From Haliotis rubra (taxonomy: Eukaryota), in the NCBI RefSeq assembly GCF_003918875.1, contig NW_025765436.1, positions 1,178,001 through 1,242,000 of the forward strand: a stretch of 64,000 nt of DNA. Reading direction: 5' to 3'. Every line of letters starts with the position of its first letter. Within the stretch, counting starts at the first letter, position 1. Of the stretch, positions 1 through 13,860 are shown in pieces. The notes beneath the pieces are model-generated. The model did no database searches. It had not been told where the DNA came from and saw nothing but the letters and a program-made list of their open reading frames with translations. Position numbers and translations under genes: made by a program.

Positions 1-11
1 GACTGTTTCAG

Positions 12-169
12 GTGCCAGGTTCAGAAGGGGCTGGTTGGGGGCAAGGCTCCACCCAAGAAGGTGAAAATGCCACCCAGCAACCCTGGGGAGGAGGTGATTG
101 TTGTGAAAACCACGGAGGTACCCCCCAAGGAGACCGAGAATGCTAAACAGTCAGATGAGGAGGAAACAG
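12..169 (+). CDS. LRR gene exon (CQVQKGLVGGKAPPKK...SDEEET)
   Basis: tttcag acceptor at 11 (alternative ccag at 18), open frame, G|gtaggt donor, phase 1 exit. Confidence 0.7.
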
Positions 170-529
170 GTAGGTTATTGGTTGCTGGGATCTAGTGCTG
201 GATATCTGCTGGAATTGTGGGTCATAAAATGTCATGTGATATCTGTGGAGTCATGACATCTCATGTGAGGTTGTGGGGTTATGACACATTATGCATGAAG
301 GGATGGGGTTTTAGCATGATTGGTGTGTTTAATGTTAAGGTGATGGGATCATATCATGTGTGCAAGTGGGTTGTTTGGACATGTCATGTGAGGTTGTGGG
401 GTTATGAAATGTCATGAGATATCTAAGGAGTCATGACATCCCGTATGAGGATGTGAGATCATGACATGTTATTTGTGATGGTGTAGGCTTTTAGCATGTG
501 AGGTATGTGTAGTATGAATGTGTTATGAT

Positions 530-3070
530 GTGGGGTCATGACATGTGTTAGGATGGGAGGTCATGACATGTGTTAGGATGGGAGGTCATGACATGTTAGG
601 ATGGGAGGTCATGACATGTGTTAGGATGTGGGGTCATGCCATGTGTTATGATGTGGGGTCATGACATGTGTTAGGATGGGAGGTCATGACATGTGTTAAG
701 ATGGGAGTTCATGACATGTGTTAAGATGGGAGGTCATGTCATGACATGTGTTAGGATGGGAGGTCATAGCGTGGGATGGGAGGTCATGACGTGTGTTAAG
801 ATGGGATTCATGACATGTTAGGACAGGAGGTCATGACATGAAGATGTCATGATGTGTTAGGATGGGAGGTCATGACATGTGTTAGGATGGGAGGTCATGA
901 CATGTGTTAAGATGGGAGGTCATCATGATGGGAGGTTAGGATATGGGAGGTCATGACATGTGTTAAGATGTGTTAGGGACGACATGTGTTTGGATGTGGG
1001 GGCATTGTATGTGTTAGGATGTAGGGTCATGACATGTGTTAGGATATGTCACGACATGTGTTAGGATGTCATGACATGTGTTATGGACATGTGTTAGGAT
1101 GACATGTGTTTAGGATGTAGGATCATGATATGTGTTAGGATGTCATGACATGTGTTATGTGTCCACGACATGTGTTAGGGGAGGTCATTATGTGTTAGGA
1201 TGGGTGGTCATGACATGGGATGGGGAGGTCATGAGCCAGAGGTCATGACATGTGTTAAGATGGGAGGTCATGATGTGTTAGGATGGGAGGTCATGACATG
1301 TGTTAAGATGGAGGGTCATGACATGTGTTAAGATGGGTGAGTCATTATGTGTTAGGATGGGAGGTCATGACATGTGTTGGAGGATGTATGACATGTGTCA
1401 TGACATAATGTGTGTGTGTCATGATATGTGTTAGGATGTAGGAGTCATGACATGTGTTAGGATGTGTGGAGTCCACGACATGTGTTTGGATGTGGGGGCA
1501 TGACATGTGTTAGGATGAGGATGTAGGGTCATGACATGTGTTAGGATGTGAGGAGTCCACATGTGTTAGGATGGCATCAAAGTCATGACATGTGTTAGGA
1601 TGTAGGGTCATGACATAATGTTAGGATGTAAATGGTCATGACATGTGTTAGGATGTGGGAAATGACATGTGTTAGGATGTAGAGTCATGACATGTGTTAG
1701 GATGTGGGGTCATGACATGTGTTAGGATGCATAGGGTCATGATTATGTGTTAGGATGTGGTGGTCATGACATGTGTTAGGATGTAGGAGTCATAACGTGT
1801 TTAGGATGGAGGGTCATGACATGTGTTAGGATGTAGGAGAGGTCATGACATGTTAGGATAGGAGGTCATGACATGTGTTAAGATGGGAGGATCATGGACA
1901 TGTGTTAGGATGGGAGGTCATGACATGTGTTAGGATGGGAGAAATGACATGCGTGTTAGGATGGGAGGTCATGACATGTGTTAGGATGACATGACATATT
2001 TAGGTTATGTGTTAGGATGGAGGTCATGACATGTGTTAGGATGTGTGACATGTGTTAGGATGTAGGGTCATGCGACATGTGTTAGGATGTGGGGTCATGA
2101 CATGTGTTAGGATGTGGGGTCATGACATGTGTTAGGATGTGGGGTCATGACATGTGTTAGGATGTAGGATCATGACATGTGTTAGGATGTGGGGTCATGA
2201 CATGTGTTAGGATGTGCGGGTCACGACATGTGTTAGGATGTGGGGTCATGACATGTGTTAGGATGTGGGGTCATGACATGTGTTAGGATGTGTTAGGGTC
2301 ATGACATGTGTTAGGATGTCATGGGGATCATGACATGTGTTAGGATGTGTTAGGATGTAGGGATCATGACATGTGTTAGGATGTGGGTCATGACATGTGT
2401 TAGGATGTAGGATGGACATGTGTTAGGATGTAGGATCATGACATGTGTTAGGATGTGGGGTCATGACATGTGTTAGGATGTGTGGAGGTCCATGACATGT
2501 GTTAGGATGTAGGGTCATGACATGTGTTTAGGATGTAGGGTCATGACATGTGTTAGGATGACAGGGTCATGACATGTGTTAGGATGTAGGGTCATGACAT
2601 GTGTTAGGATGTAGGATCATGACATGTGTTAGGATGTAGGGTCATGACATGTGTTAGGATGTAGGGTCATGACATGTGTTAGGATGTAGGGTCATGACAT
2701 GTGTTAGGATGTGGGATCATGACATGTGTTAGGATGTAGGGTCATGACATGTGTTAGGATGTAGGATCATGACATGTGTTAGGATGTAGGATCATGACAT
2801 GTGTTAGGATGTAGGGTCATGACATGTGTTAGGATGTAGGGTCATGACATGTGTTAGGATGTAGGGTCATGACATGTGTTAGGATGTAGGGTCATGACAT
2901 GTGTTAGGATGTAGGGTCATGACATGTGTTAGGATGTAGGGTCATGACATGTGTTAGGATGTAGGGTCATGACATGTGTTAGGATGTAGGGTCATGACAT
3001 GTGTTAGGATGTAGGGGTCATGACATGTGTTAGGATGTGGGGGCCATGACATGTGTTAGGATGTGGGGTC
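530..3070. repeat. 25-bp minisatellite (GTCATGACATGTGTTAGGATGTAGG), ~100 units, degenerate flanks 215-530 and 3070-3280
   Basis: Direct 25-bp periodicity. Confidence 0.95.
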
Positions 3071-3427
3071 ATTAGGTGTCGTTTGTGAGGAGATTGTGTC
3101 AATTCATGTCATGTGGTGTCATAGTATACCATGTGTGAGGATGAGGGGTCATGGCATGTCATGTGTGAAGATATGGAGTCATGGTATGTCACCGTATGTA
3201 TGGGATCAGAGTGTATGGGTTCATCACATGTCTTTGTGAGGGCGTGGGTTCATGGTGTGATGGTCTGGGGGCATGACACTGACTTGAGTCAAAAATAACC
3301 TCCACGGAAACAGCATATTTCTATACAGTAACTGACAGAGCAGATTATGTTTACGTGTCTGTATTTCAGTGTGATGAGTTGGAATAGCTTCATGTATTGT
3401 GCAATGTTGATGTTGTGGCCATTTCAG

Positions 3428-3490
3428 CCCATGACCAAATCTTGATTCCTGTGGAGGTAGATGGCGATGAGGCACCGAACAATAATGCGG
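3428..3490 (+). CDS. LRR gene candidate cassette exon (AHDQILIPVEVDGDEAPNNNA)
   Basis: atttcag acceptor, 63 nt, phase 1-1, G|gtataa donor (same donor as exon ending 24274), acidic composition. Confidence 0.5.
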
Positions 3491-4961
3491 GTATAACTCA
3501 GCTTGCTGTGTTTTGGTGTGCTGTTTCCTCACATTGTGTTCCTGGGTTATGTTCTCAGTGTTCCTGTAACTCAAGCATGATGAGACTGTTTGTTTCTAGT
3601 TCTGTACATATCCCCCGTTCCACATGACCACTTAGCATCACTGAAACACCTCCTCAATATTATACATTCATATTCATGTCATTGATGTTAATCTTTATTC
3701 TTTTTGAGAAATTTCATGTTTTTTGTATAAATTACTTTGAATGAAGTAGAAAAAGACTTTAAAAACACAATCAGGATCGCTAAGAGAAATTTTAGAATGT
3801 TTAATTAAAATAAATAAATTTATTTCATCGTTATATTAAAAACATTAAGATAAAAACAGTCCTCATGTTATTCCAGTGTTTACACAGTTACACTATTTAT
3901 CCAGCACTAGACAATGTGAGATATAACAGCACAAATACTGATGTTTTATCAGCTCAGGCATTTTAATTTTTATTTCTTGACTTTTTATAATGGTCTGCTC
4001 ATTTATCAAATAGTCCAAAAATGGTTTCAGCATAATTGTTAACATGCATTTCTTATTTCATTGCTTATAAATCATTAGTCCAGCTTTAATTCAATTAACT
4101 TAAACAGAGGGGTTTAGGAATAAGGTTAAGAACTATTAAGTCTAGGGTTTTTAACACTATTATGTCCAGAAAGACAAAGTTCATGCATTTTCATAAGATA
4201 TGATGGTTTTTCATTAAAGAGATTAGAAATAATCAGTAATTTGTTTGAATCATTTTATTAATCATGCAATTTAAATGTAATTTGAGGTGCTTTTTGTAAT
4301 GGAGAGGCAGTGATTTTATGGATCACTAGATATACATATTCCAATTCCTTCTTTATGGTGTTATAAGTACAAAGCTGTAATAAGTATAGCTTTCCATGTT
4401 AAGCCTCATTTCCAGGTGTTTTAAATCATTGTTTGATATTGCAGTGAAGGCATTACTTCAATAGATGCATAGAAACTCAGTCAGTCAGTCAATAGATGCA
4501 TAGTAAAGCTTACAAATAGTTATTTCAGTATGTATGTATTTATGTTAGTATTATGCTTTCAGTTCAATTGTACAGATAACATAAGCCCAAAAGTTACTTG
4601 ATATTACTGCCATATAGCTGGAATATTGCAGAATGCAGCGTTAAAGAACCAACCAACCACTTGATATTATGTTCAGTCTCATGAAAATCAAAACAGGTTG
4701 CTGCTGCTACACAAAGATATAAGATAATCCCATTACAGATCTCAACAGGATGACTTTTACAAATGTTGACACACCAGTGAAATGATTAGCACAAAGTTAT
4801 CTGCAGTCAGACTATAATACATCAGCTTTTTCTAGCTTGATGGTCAAAACTGAACACATGTCCAATATTAGGCTGAGATTGTACAAAGCCTCTTCTATTT
4901 CAAATGTTTTTCCCCTTGAAGTGAGAGATCATGTTTTGTATGGAATCAGTCATAGTGATTA

Positions 4962-5123
4962 CATTGGCGGATCCAGAGGGAGGGTTCAGGGGTTCGAATC
5001 CCCAATTTTGAGAATGACTTAAGACCACATTAAGGATTTTTTTTTCGTTGGTTGAGCCAATTGGGGTTCAGGGGTTCGAACCCACTGAACCCCCCTCTTT
5101 CAAAATTCCTGGATCCGCCCATG
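4962..5123. mobile_element. MITE, TIR CATKGGCGGATCCAG, 5-bp TSD GATTA
   Basis: Terminal inverted repeats, TSD at 4957-4961 and 5124-5128, second copy at 10800. Confidence 0.85.
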
Positions 5124-5405
5124 GATTAGTTGTTCAAATTGCCTGATATTGGGTGGTTGTGTGATTAGAAAAAAGCATTTTAACTTTCACTTTCTCGATC
5201 TTGTAAGTGACGCTCTGATTGGCTGTATGAAATTTTGTACTGACATGTCCTGCAATGGCATGTCCTGAGATCAGTGTGCAGTGGTAGAGATGTGATATAT
5301 TAACGAGATTGTCATTATGTTGGTAATATTATTTTGTTCATTCTTAACACAAACTGGCTTTCACCCAACTCACTAGCTAGTCATGGTACATATAAATGTT
5401 AAGGC

Positions 5406-5555
5406 ATTAGGGTGGCATTGTGGTTAAAGTGTTCACTTGTCAGGGTTCTATTCCTCTCATGGTTACAATATATAAAACATGGTTCTGGTGTCCCACTGTG
5501 ATGTTGCTTGAATATACATGTACCTAATAGCAGCATAAATCCCAACTGAATTTCA
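5406..5555 (+). mobile_element. Degenerate tRNA-derived SINE (family A)
   Basis: A-box-like tggcattgtggttaaag and tctggtgtccc body. Confidence 0.5.
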
Positions 5556-5984
5556 CCACTAATACATTCACTGGCATGTACTTCCAATGCACGCAAATAT
5601 ACACCACAAAGGTTGAACCCTGCGCACGTAGGCACACAATACAAAGGCATGTCACTCTAGGTAGCACAGGAAATGCATGAATATTTAAATAAACATATAA
5701 TGATCAGCATGGAGAATTTGAACTAACCAGATATGATGTCATGTTTTGCATGTTACCATGGTCACAGGCTCATCTATGAAACATGAAGGCATTACCGTCA
5801 CTGTTATTACTGATGTGTAGAAATCATTTATTGACCCCCACTAAACATACAGAAGATATGGAAGCACAGATGTATCATTCTCCAGCGGGGTCTGAATGGC
5901 TTCCAGGGAACGATATTGTTTGTAACATTTACAGTGGAAGATTTGTTTACTTGTTATTAAATATGTTAATAAATTTTTAATCCA

Positions 5985-6228
5985 CTTTTCTAGTGAAAGT
6001 TTTATACCACTCTGTTAGTGAAAGTTTCATACCAGTCTTCAGTGAAAGTTTTACATCGCTTTTACAGTGAAAGGTTTTTACATTTTTTTCAGTGAAAGGT
6101 TTTTACAACTTTTCAGTGAAATGCTTATACTGCTTTTTCAGTGAACGTTTGATACCACCCTTTAGTGAAATTTTAGTTTACCCTTTAGTGAAAGTTTTTT
6201 ATTACTCTTCAGTGAAAGTTTTATAACA
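5985..6228. repeat. Degenerate ~23-bp tandem repeat with AGTGAAAG core, ~10 units
   Basis: Recurring (C/T)AGTGAAAGTTTT. Confidence 0.8.
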
Positions 6229-6822
6229 AGTAGCAGCAAGATTCTTGATTACAAACTTGATACCTGCTTGTTTTCCTACATGTCAAGCTTTTCAATCCTT
6301 GATTGTATTTAGCTTCCAATTATTATAATGATCTTCTTCACTTTAATCACTGATCAGCATCCTGAAAAAACAAAGGACTTTTTGCGCAGTTGACAACAAT
6401 GCTTTTCCCTTTTTGTCAAATTATTTTATAAACAAACAGTCATGTACAATGAGACCCTGTTAAACTGGACGGCACAGTTTCATAGAATCTTAATTTCTCT
6501 ATATATGAAAATTTGAATGGGTCTTTTGTAATTTTGTTGAAAGTATGTTAATTCTCTTGTATTACTATAGTATATCAGTCATGTCATAACTGGTTAACTG
6601 TAGTAATATGAAACAACAAGGTTATTTTACTTCGTTTAGTTGCTGAGGTGTTACTGTGGAGGTTTCCAGCAGTGAGTGTCTAGAACAGTTTCCCAACTGC
6701 CATTGTCTGGACTAAGGGGGTTTCACTGCACAATGAATGTTGTCTGATACAAGCCTTGTGACACACAATAGATGTTTATGTGGCCATGTTGAAGGTGATT
6801 GTTTACCTGTTGCTGATTCCAG

Positions 6823-6891
6823 ATGCTTATGAGTCAGACTTTGAGGATGAAGATGACAGTCCGTCGGGGACGAGCCAGCAGCCTGATGAAG
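6823..6891 (+). CDS. LRR gene exon (DAYESDFEDEDDSPSGTSQQPDE)
   Basis: ttccag acceptor, 69 nt, phase 1-1, AAG|gtagga donor, composition like neighbouring exons. Confidence 0.7.
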
Positions 6892-7875
6892 GTAGGACCT
6901 TGTAGTATGTAGTGTGGGAAAACAGGAGGAAATAGGGAGGGGACAAGTGTTCTGGGGAAAAAAACAGGTACAAAGTAGGTATAGAGAGGGGTCAGGTAGG
7001 AAAGAGTCCAAAGTAATGGGGGTAAGGAGTAAAACAAAGGAACAGAGTGAAAAGGCCAAAAAGTGGAAACATTGAAAATAGTAAGAAATGGGAGAAGAGC
7101 AGATTTTACTGAGGTAAATATGTAAAAAGTGGGAAATGTGAGGAAAGTAGAGGGGACAATCAGGTAAAAATGGGAAAAGAGCAGAAAGCATGGGGGAAAA
7201 GAGAAAATGATCTTGGGAAAAACTGCTACAAAGGGCTAAGGGATCTGTTGGTCCCAAACAAAAACAAAAAGTAGTAAAACAGGTAGTATGTCAGGGAAAA
7301 GGTACAAGGAGGGATAGTATTGGGAAAAGAGTTGATAGTATTGGGGGAAAACAGATGCATTATGGGAACATATATCATATAAAAGTATCCACTCCTGGAC
7401 ATGTTCCTGAACATGCAGTGTACAATAACAGACAAAGGGATGTCATCAGTATATGGAGGAATGAGCCATGATTAGTGTTAATGAAATATATGAGTATTTA
7501 CTTTGTTTTATGTGTTCTGATTTATCACTGACACCAAATGATGACGGAATGCAGCATGTTACTCACCTTAGTTCAGTGCACAATCAAGAATGTCTGCATT
7601 AGTAACATGTCACAGATTCAGGACAGTTAAAGACAGTCATCAAGTCATTCAAAATGGCTCTCGTCACCAGACCAATAGGTGTAATTCACACAAGTCAAAA
7701 TATGTCGAGCTGAGAATCAATTGTGCCTTGTGTTTTATTTCACGAATAGTTGCCACTTGATGGGTTTTCTTGACGTAGCTGGTATATCACGTCTAGTGCA
7801 GTACTAATACTGACAGTCCTGTTATACAGACAGGTGCTGTTTATGTGAAAGAAAACACATACAAGGGATTTAAAT

Positions 7876-8308
7876 CTCATAAAACCCTAAGAGGGAGTGT
7901 TCTATCTGACTTATAAACCAAATCTGAGACAACAGTTATTGACAACTGTATGTTTTAAACCAACTTTGCACGAACCTGTACTTGAAAGTTTAATACACCC
8001 TTCATAGCCTAGTGGCTCACCTAGTGGCTGGAAATACGAAGGTTGTAAGCTGAATCCACTGAACTAGAAAATCATTTATACCGTGTGCATATAAATCATG
8101 GAGATTTTACTTGATTGTTTTATATATTCAGGTTAGTGCAAAAGTTGGGTTTTATGATATATAAATCAATGACCGGACAATGGGATGATGTCACTGGAGG
8201 TTTATACATTCATAATCACCTTGTTAAACCAGGAACTAACAATTACAGCTTGACTGTAGAAGATAAAACTTTACACTGAAATTAATCAGCTTTTAGAGGG
8301 TTTGTGAG
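7876..8308. mobile_element. Old foldback/MITE-like element
   Basis: Nested inverted repeats 7876-7893/8290-8308 and 7957-7978/8129-8152. Confidence 0.4.
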
Positions 8309-10349
8309 TAACCCATTTCTAGTTAGTTGATTAAACCCAAGAAGTCTTTCATTCAAGAAATTGCTGTTTAGACGACATTACCAAAAAATGTTGATTGCTG
8401 AGTCAGCATAGTGGTAATGAAACTTCCTGAAAATAGAAGATGTGTTATAGCTCATTCCCTGGTTCAGTTGCTCAACGCCTCTAATGTGTTTCTTCCAGAG
8501 GGCTAGAAGATCCGTACACCAGGGATGAAATCGTAGTTTTCGCAATATAGATTAGATTTTTCTTTAGCTTATATAGCACAAAGCTTAACAGCCTATTCTG
8601 CTACACACGATAAAGACAGCTTGTTCTGAAAGAAACATGAAAAAATGGCATTTTTTGAATTTTTTCACAAGACAGAATTTATTGATCTAAATATCTATAT
8701 TTTTGTTTATATTGAGTAGAAATGTAGTAAGTTTTCTTGTGATTACATCAAATACCTGTAATGTTGACTTTAGCACCCTGTGCTTAACTGGTAGGAGGCA
8801 CTCTTTGGAATACTTTCACTTGCTAGGAGTCTACTAAGACTCTTTCCAAGATTCGAACACTTGCTAGATCTCTTGGTATCAAAGTTTAGTTTATACTTGT
8901 ATTACACACACAGTGTTAACTTCTTAGATTTCAAAATTATCATTTGAACAAAGTCAAGAATAATAACACTAATTATTTAAGTTGCATTAACGATTCAATA
9001 CTCCCATTTTCTGACAAATATTAACGTAAAGCTAGGTTAGAGTAGCATTCATTATTAAACAACAATGGTACCAATTTCAACAATTACAGAATACATCCTG
9101 GATATTTAGGTTTGGTATTTTCCCATTCATTGTTATTGATTATGTATATTAGTGAAGATATATTTTGTTTACAAAGCAGCATATTGCACAACAGTTTACA
9201 GTAATACTGTTCTAAATGTAATTGTTTTGTTAGAATAATTTTGAACAAAATTTTATTGTTTACATATTACAATTTCAATAGTGATAAAATTGTTATATAT
9301 CACACTTTGAAATTTGTTATATTATATACATTTCTGTAGACTAGATGGTATCTGACTTACAGGGTAGGAACGCTGCTTTTCAATCATGTGGGACCTTGGC
9401 TACTTGGCACTTTTCCTCTTGCTTTCTTCATATAATTAACTGTAATCAAAGATCTTATGATGCGAATGTATTGTTTGCAAGTATTAAAGCTTTGCAAAAA
9501 TGATGGTGTTTTGTGAACTTTTGAATCATAGGCAAGATTTGAAACTGGATTTATTGACAGTTTTTGTAGTTTTGATTATTTCTTTTAAAGCCAGATTACT
9601 AGTCAATACGACCTGGACTTTGTATTTAAACAAAACATATGATGATATAGGCATGAAGCTTTCTAATGGGACTGGGAAACATGTTGAATGTATCTTTTGA
9701 AATATTTGTTTTTCAATATGCTATATTTACTCCAGTAGTTGGTGATGGTGTTTATATTGTTCTATATTGACCGGTGTAATGAGGAGTAAAAAGGGGATAA
9801 TAATGATAACAACAATAATAATAACAGTAATAATAATAATAATGTCTGGTAGCAGCAATATTTATTGTAAACCATTAATTGTATGATATCCTTTTGAGAT
9901 AATGACTAATTTGATGACGTATACACATACATGTGATTTCCTGTTTCACACATGTTGAAGGCATACTGAAATATTTAAAGCAATGTGCAAGGACTATTTC
10001 ATAAATAACCCTGCTGTCTTGCATTGTTTCATTAAAATTGTCTTCTGCATTAAAGGTTAACTACCCCAAATAGGAATATTAATCAGTTGATGAATAAACA
10101 TACCTTGTTAAACAAAGCAGCAAATGTTATCTGGCCTAGAAATGTACTAACTGGCTAGAATCAAAGGATAGTTAGTTGGGAAAGGCTAATTGTGTCTACT
10201 TGTTTAGCACAATTTATAGAAGTGGATAACAAAATAGTATTATCCTAAAGGCTAGTATTCATCAAAATACATTGAATCCCAGTAAAATCTTTGTGTGCCA
10301 TGTTGTGATGTGAGTGGTTGGTATGATGGTACATTGATGTTAACCACAG

Positions 10350-10415
10350 ATGGAGACAGTAAAGTACAGCCTGGTACACCTGTTGATGAAAACAATCAAC
10401 CCAAACCCTTACCTG
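10350..10415 (+). CDS. LRR gene candidate cassette exon (DGDSKVQPGTPVDENNQPKPLP)
   Basis: ccacag acceptor, 66 nt, phase 1-1, weak G|gtgatt donor. Confidence 0.45.
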
Positions 10416-10560
10416 GTGATTACTTCACGTTTGTGTGTGACTGTTTGCCATCTTCGTAACACATGGCACATTGATTTGGAACACTGACTAACAAATAACA
10501 CACAAATATAAATTATCATCTTAGTTTTCTGATTTTTATGTCATTATCATGCCACTCTGT

Positions 10561-10760
10561 GTGGGTGAGTTTAGTTTTACGCCACACTCAGCAATATTCC
10601 TGCTATATGGCGGCGGTCTGTAAATAATTGAGTCTGGACCAGACAATCCAGTGATCAGCATCATGAGCATCAATCTTTGCAATTGGCATATGATGACATG
10701 TGTCAACCAAGTTAGTGTGCCTGACCACCCAATCCCGTTAGTCGCCTCTTACGACAAGCA
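10561..10760 (-). mobile_element. Nin-domain-type SINE (family B), 5'-truncated
   Basis: TGCTTGTCGTAAGAGGCGACTAA core and shared 3' tail on - strand. Confidence 0.8.
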
Positions 10761-10799
10761 TTTCACTCTCTGTGACGATGATGTGAGGGCATCTCTATT

Positions 10800-10966
10800 C
10801 ATGGGCGGATCCAGGAATTTTGAAAAGAGGGGGTTCAGGAGGTTCGAACCCCCTGAACCCCCCCATTTTCTCTGCCAACGCAAAAATAAAATCTTCAATG
10901 TGATCTTAAGTCATTTTCAAAAGGGGGGTTCAAACCCCCCAAACCCTACCTCTGGATCCGCCGATG
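10800..10966. mobile_element. MITE, same family as 4962-5123, opposite orientation, 6-bp TSD TCTATT
   Basis: TIRs CATGGGCGGATCCAG/CTGGATCCGCCGATG and TSD. Confidence 0.85.
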
Positions 10967-12073
10967 TCTATTGTAGGTCACATAAAGTGAACTTTCAGTT
11001 AGGTGACATTTGTGGATTCAGTCTCTTCAGTTTCAGATGGTATCACAGCAATAATGACATTACAGATGATTTTACATTTAAGTTATCCTACCAGTGGACA
11101 GTATGTCCAGTTTCACATCTGAAGCCCAGGAATGCCTCAATAAGGCCTGCAACTTATTTTCCACTTCTTGAATTAGACTAACATTAGTCTGGCAAAGCAT
11201 TTTCAACTCCACCAAGCATGATGTTTGTAAATCACTCACAACCACCGCCATGTTTGTCTATGTTCGTCCTTGATGCCAGGCACAAAACACTAACAGGTTT
11301 GTTGAACAGGTATTATTATCCGTTGGTGCTCTCTGTGTACATCTCATCCTGAAGGAAACGTAATTGTTTTGATTTCCTTTAATCATTATGGTCAATGTCT
11401 TTTCACTCCATTAATCTTGACAGTGAGTATTCAATAAATCTTTACTCTATCTGAAAATAAAACAAACTAAAATTATATGAACCTTTTATTGTTTTACTTA
11501 CTTAAATGTGAATCAAGATGGTGATGTTATACAGAATGCACTATATTTTGAGAACATTGTCTGACTGACGTTAAGTAAACTCGCACACAATATGCCATAT
11601 TTTCTAGGAAAGATGAGGGAGTTTCAAATTACACTTTGCTGTGAATTGCCTGCTGTGCTTTGTGTGTTATTATCTTTTGACCATTTTAAAAATTAAACTT
11701 TGAACTATTTCTATTGTATTCAAAATGTATGACTGACAGCTTGCTTTGAAGTATTCACATGTGAAACATTCATTGCTTCAAGTGTGGTGTGTAAGTCTTT
11801 GATAAATAATGTCAGAGAATGTTCTCACTGGGTTGGTTTATGAAGTTAAACTTATAATAAATGGTAAATGGATTTAAATGCATGGTAATTTTTATTCGTT
11901 CCTTTCACAAATCTTCACTAAGCATGTACACAGTTAAAGCTTGACATTTTCTCTTTATCATCTGGTTAAAGTTTTCATTCAGAATTTGTAAATGTTTAAT
12001 GAGCCATTTTTATGTACAGAAAAGAGTATGCTTGGTTGATAGAGCCAACACATTGATGTTTGTTTCTTTGTAG

Positions 12074-13860
12074 GGGGAGGCGCCGCCACAGCTCGTACTG
12101 ATGTGGAGATTGAAGGTCAAGACGCAGATCAGTCAGACCTTTCCCACACAGATGACCACAAGGGAGAATCTCACCAACCTGTAACTAATTTCAGTTTTCG
12201 AAATGCAGACCAAAGGGAGATAACTGCTGTAGAAGATAATGGTCAAGAAGAATCAGAAGAAAGTGAATCTGATAGCTCAGATTCAGAAGGATTAGTTAAT
12301 AAAATGAGAAATAAATACAAGAAAAGCTCTGGGAAGGAGAGCTCTGGAAGGGACAGCTCGAGTAGCTCCAGCTCATCCAGTGATGAAGAATATGAGGCAA
12401 AGTCTAGCTCCTCCAGCAGGTCCTCTCACACCTCACACAAAGTGGTCTCCTCCCAGAAGGAAGTTGATGCTGCTGCTGCAGACACTGCTGATGATGTGTC
12501 TGACATTGAGACAGATGTAGAGTGGCCTCGGAGGTCAGAGGATGAGATTAAGGATGGTTCAAAACAGAAAGTTAATGATGCCTTACCCCCTAAACCACAG
12601 AAACCTTCGAAAAAGATTCAGGGGATTTTATCCCCTAAAAAGCAGAAAACTAATGGTCCTAAGAAGCGGGCATCTTTTAAAGTGGATGATGATGACGATG
12701 ACCCATCTGATGTTAATGTTGTTGCTCATAGAGATCAGGGAGATGATGGTACAGGGAAGAAGAAGAGGAATAGCAGCATCAGCAAAGAAAAGAACTATGA
12801 AATTGGAATTGTGGCTTATGAAGATGGAGTAGAACAAGGGAAAGAACCCTTGGGTCTTCGAGCATCTGATGCAGCTGACAGAAAGAAAGATGATGATCAA
12901 ACATCAGACATTCCAGAAATTTCAGTGAACAAATCAGGAGTGACATTGTTTTCTGATCGTGTGGATGATGTAGAGCCTTGCCGGGAACATGTCACTGTTG
13001 GCTACGAGGAGGAGATGGATGAGAGAGGCACAGAGTCAGATGTTGAAGGAGTGTCAGCAGAAGGTGTTAGTAGAGACCAGGGGACCTCAGGGAGTGAAAC
13101 ATCGGAAGACATGGTGGCTCAGTATGCTGCTCGGCTAAATGAACTGGATGAACGAGCTGGGACTGAAGACCAGGAACTGTCATACAAGAAGAATTTAAAC
13201 CATGGACAGAGATCTCCTGATGACATTGAAAATAGTTCAAGGGAGAAGATAACTTCAGGGTTGTCTGATGTTGATCAAAGTAATCCTGAAGCAGGAAAAG
13301 GACAAGAAGTTGTTCCTCCAGCTGACTTGCCAAAAATTCTCATTGACAGCACAGAAGCTCACATGGCAGCATCAGGACAGATCAGTCAGGAGAGAAAGTT
13401 ATCTGGAGCTGAAGAAGAACCCAGAAACATGCAGACCACATCAGATGAACAGTACAACAATGTTGAGGTCACACTGGCTGATATCAATTCAAATAACCCC
13501 AAGGGTGTGACGAGGAGAGTGAGTGCGGGTGGTGAAAGTCTGTTGTCAGTACCATGCAGTGGCATTGAGAACAAGGATCGTGACGTGTGGACTGGAGGTT
13601 CCCATGCTAACCAGGAGGCTGAGGTCATCAGCCCACAAGAGTGTGATGCTAAGATGAAGCCAAGTATAGAGTCATCAAGAGTTGAAGACATGCAGCAGCA
13701 GATTCCGATCATCCTGGTGGAGGGAGGATGCCAACCTTCACATGAAAAGGTCCAGGATGAAGAAAGGACAAGGACACAGTCTCCACGTAGAGATAGCATT
13801 GATGGTAGTCCAGGAAGGACTTTGTCTCCTGACAGAATTGCTGACACCGGGACAGTATAA
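12074..13860 (+). CDS. Large acidic/Ser-rich exon, probable alternative terminal exon of LRR gene
   Basis: tttctttgtag acceptor (phase 1) in frame with the 585-aa ORF; D/E/S-rich low-complexity sequence. Confidence 0.8.

Noticed and set aside
6712-7257. 181-aa hydrophobic - strand ORF
   Set aside because: Antisense of a purine-rich intronic tract; low complexity F/L/S/P.
10651-11181. 176-aa ORF
   Set aside because: Runs through a SINE and a MITE; no coding signature.
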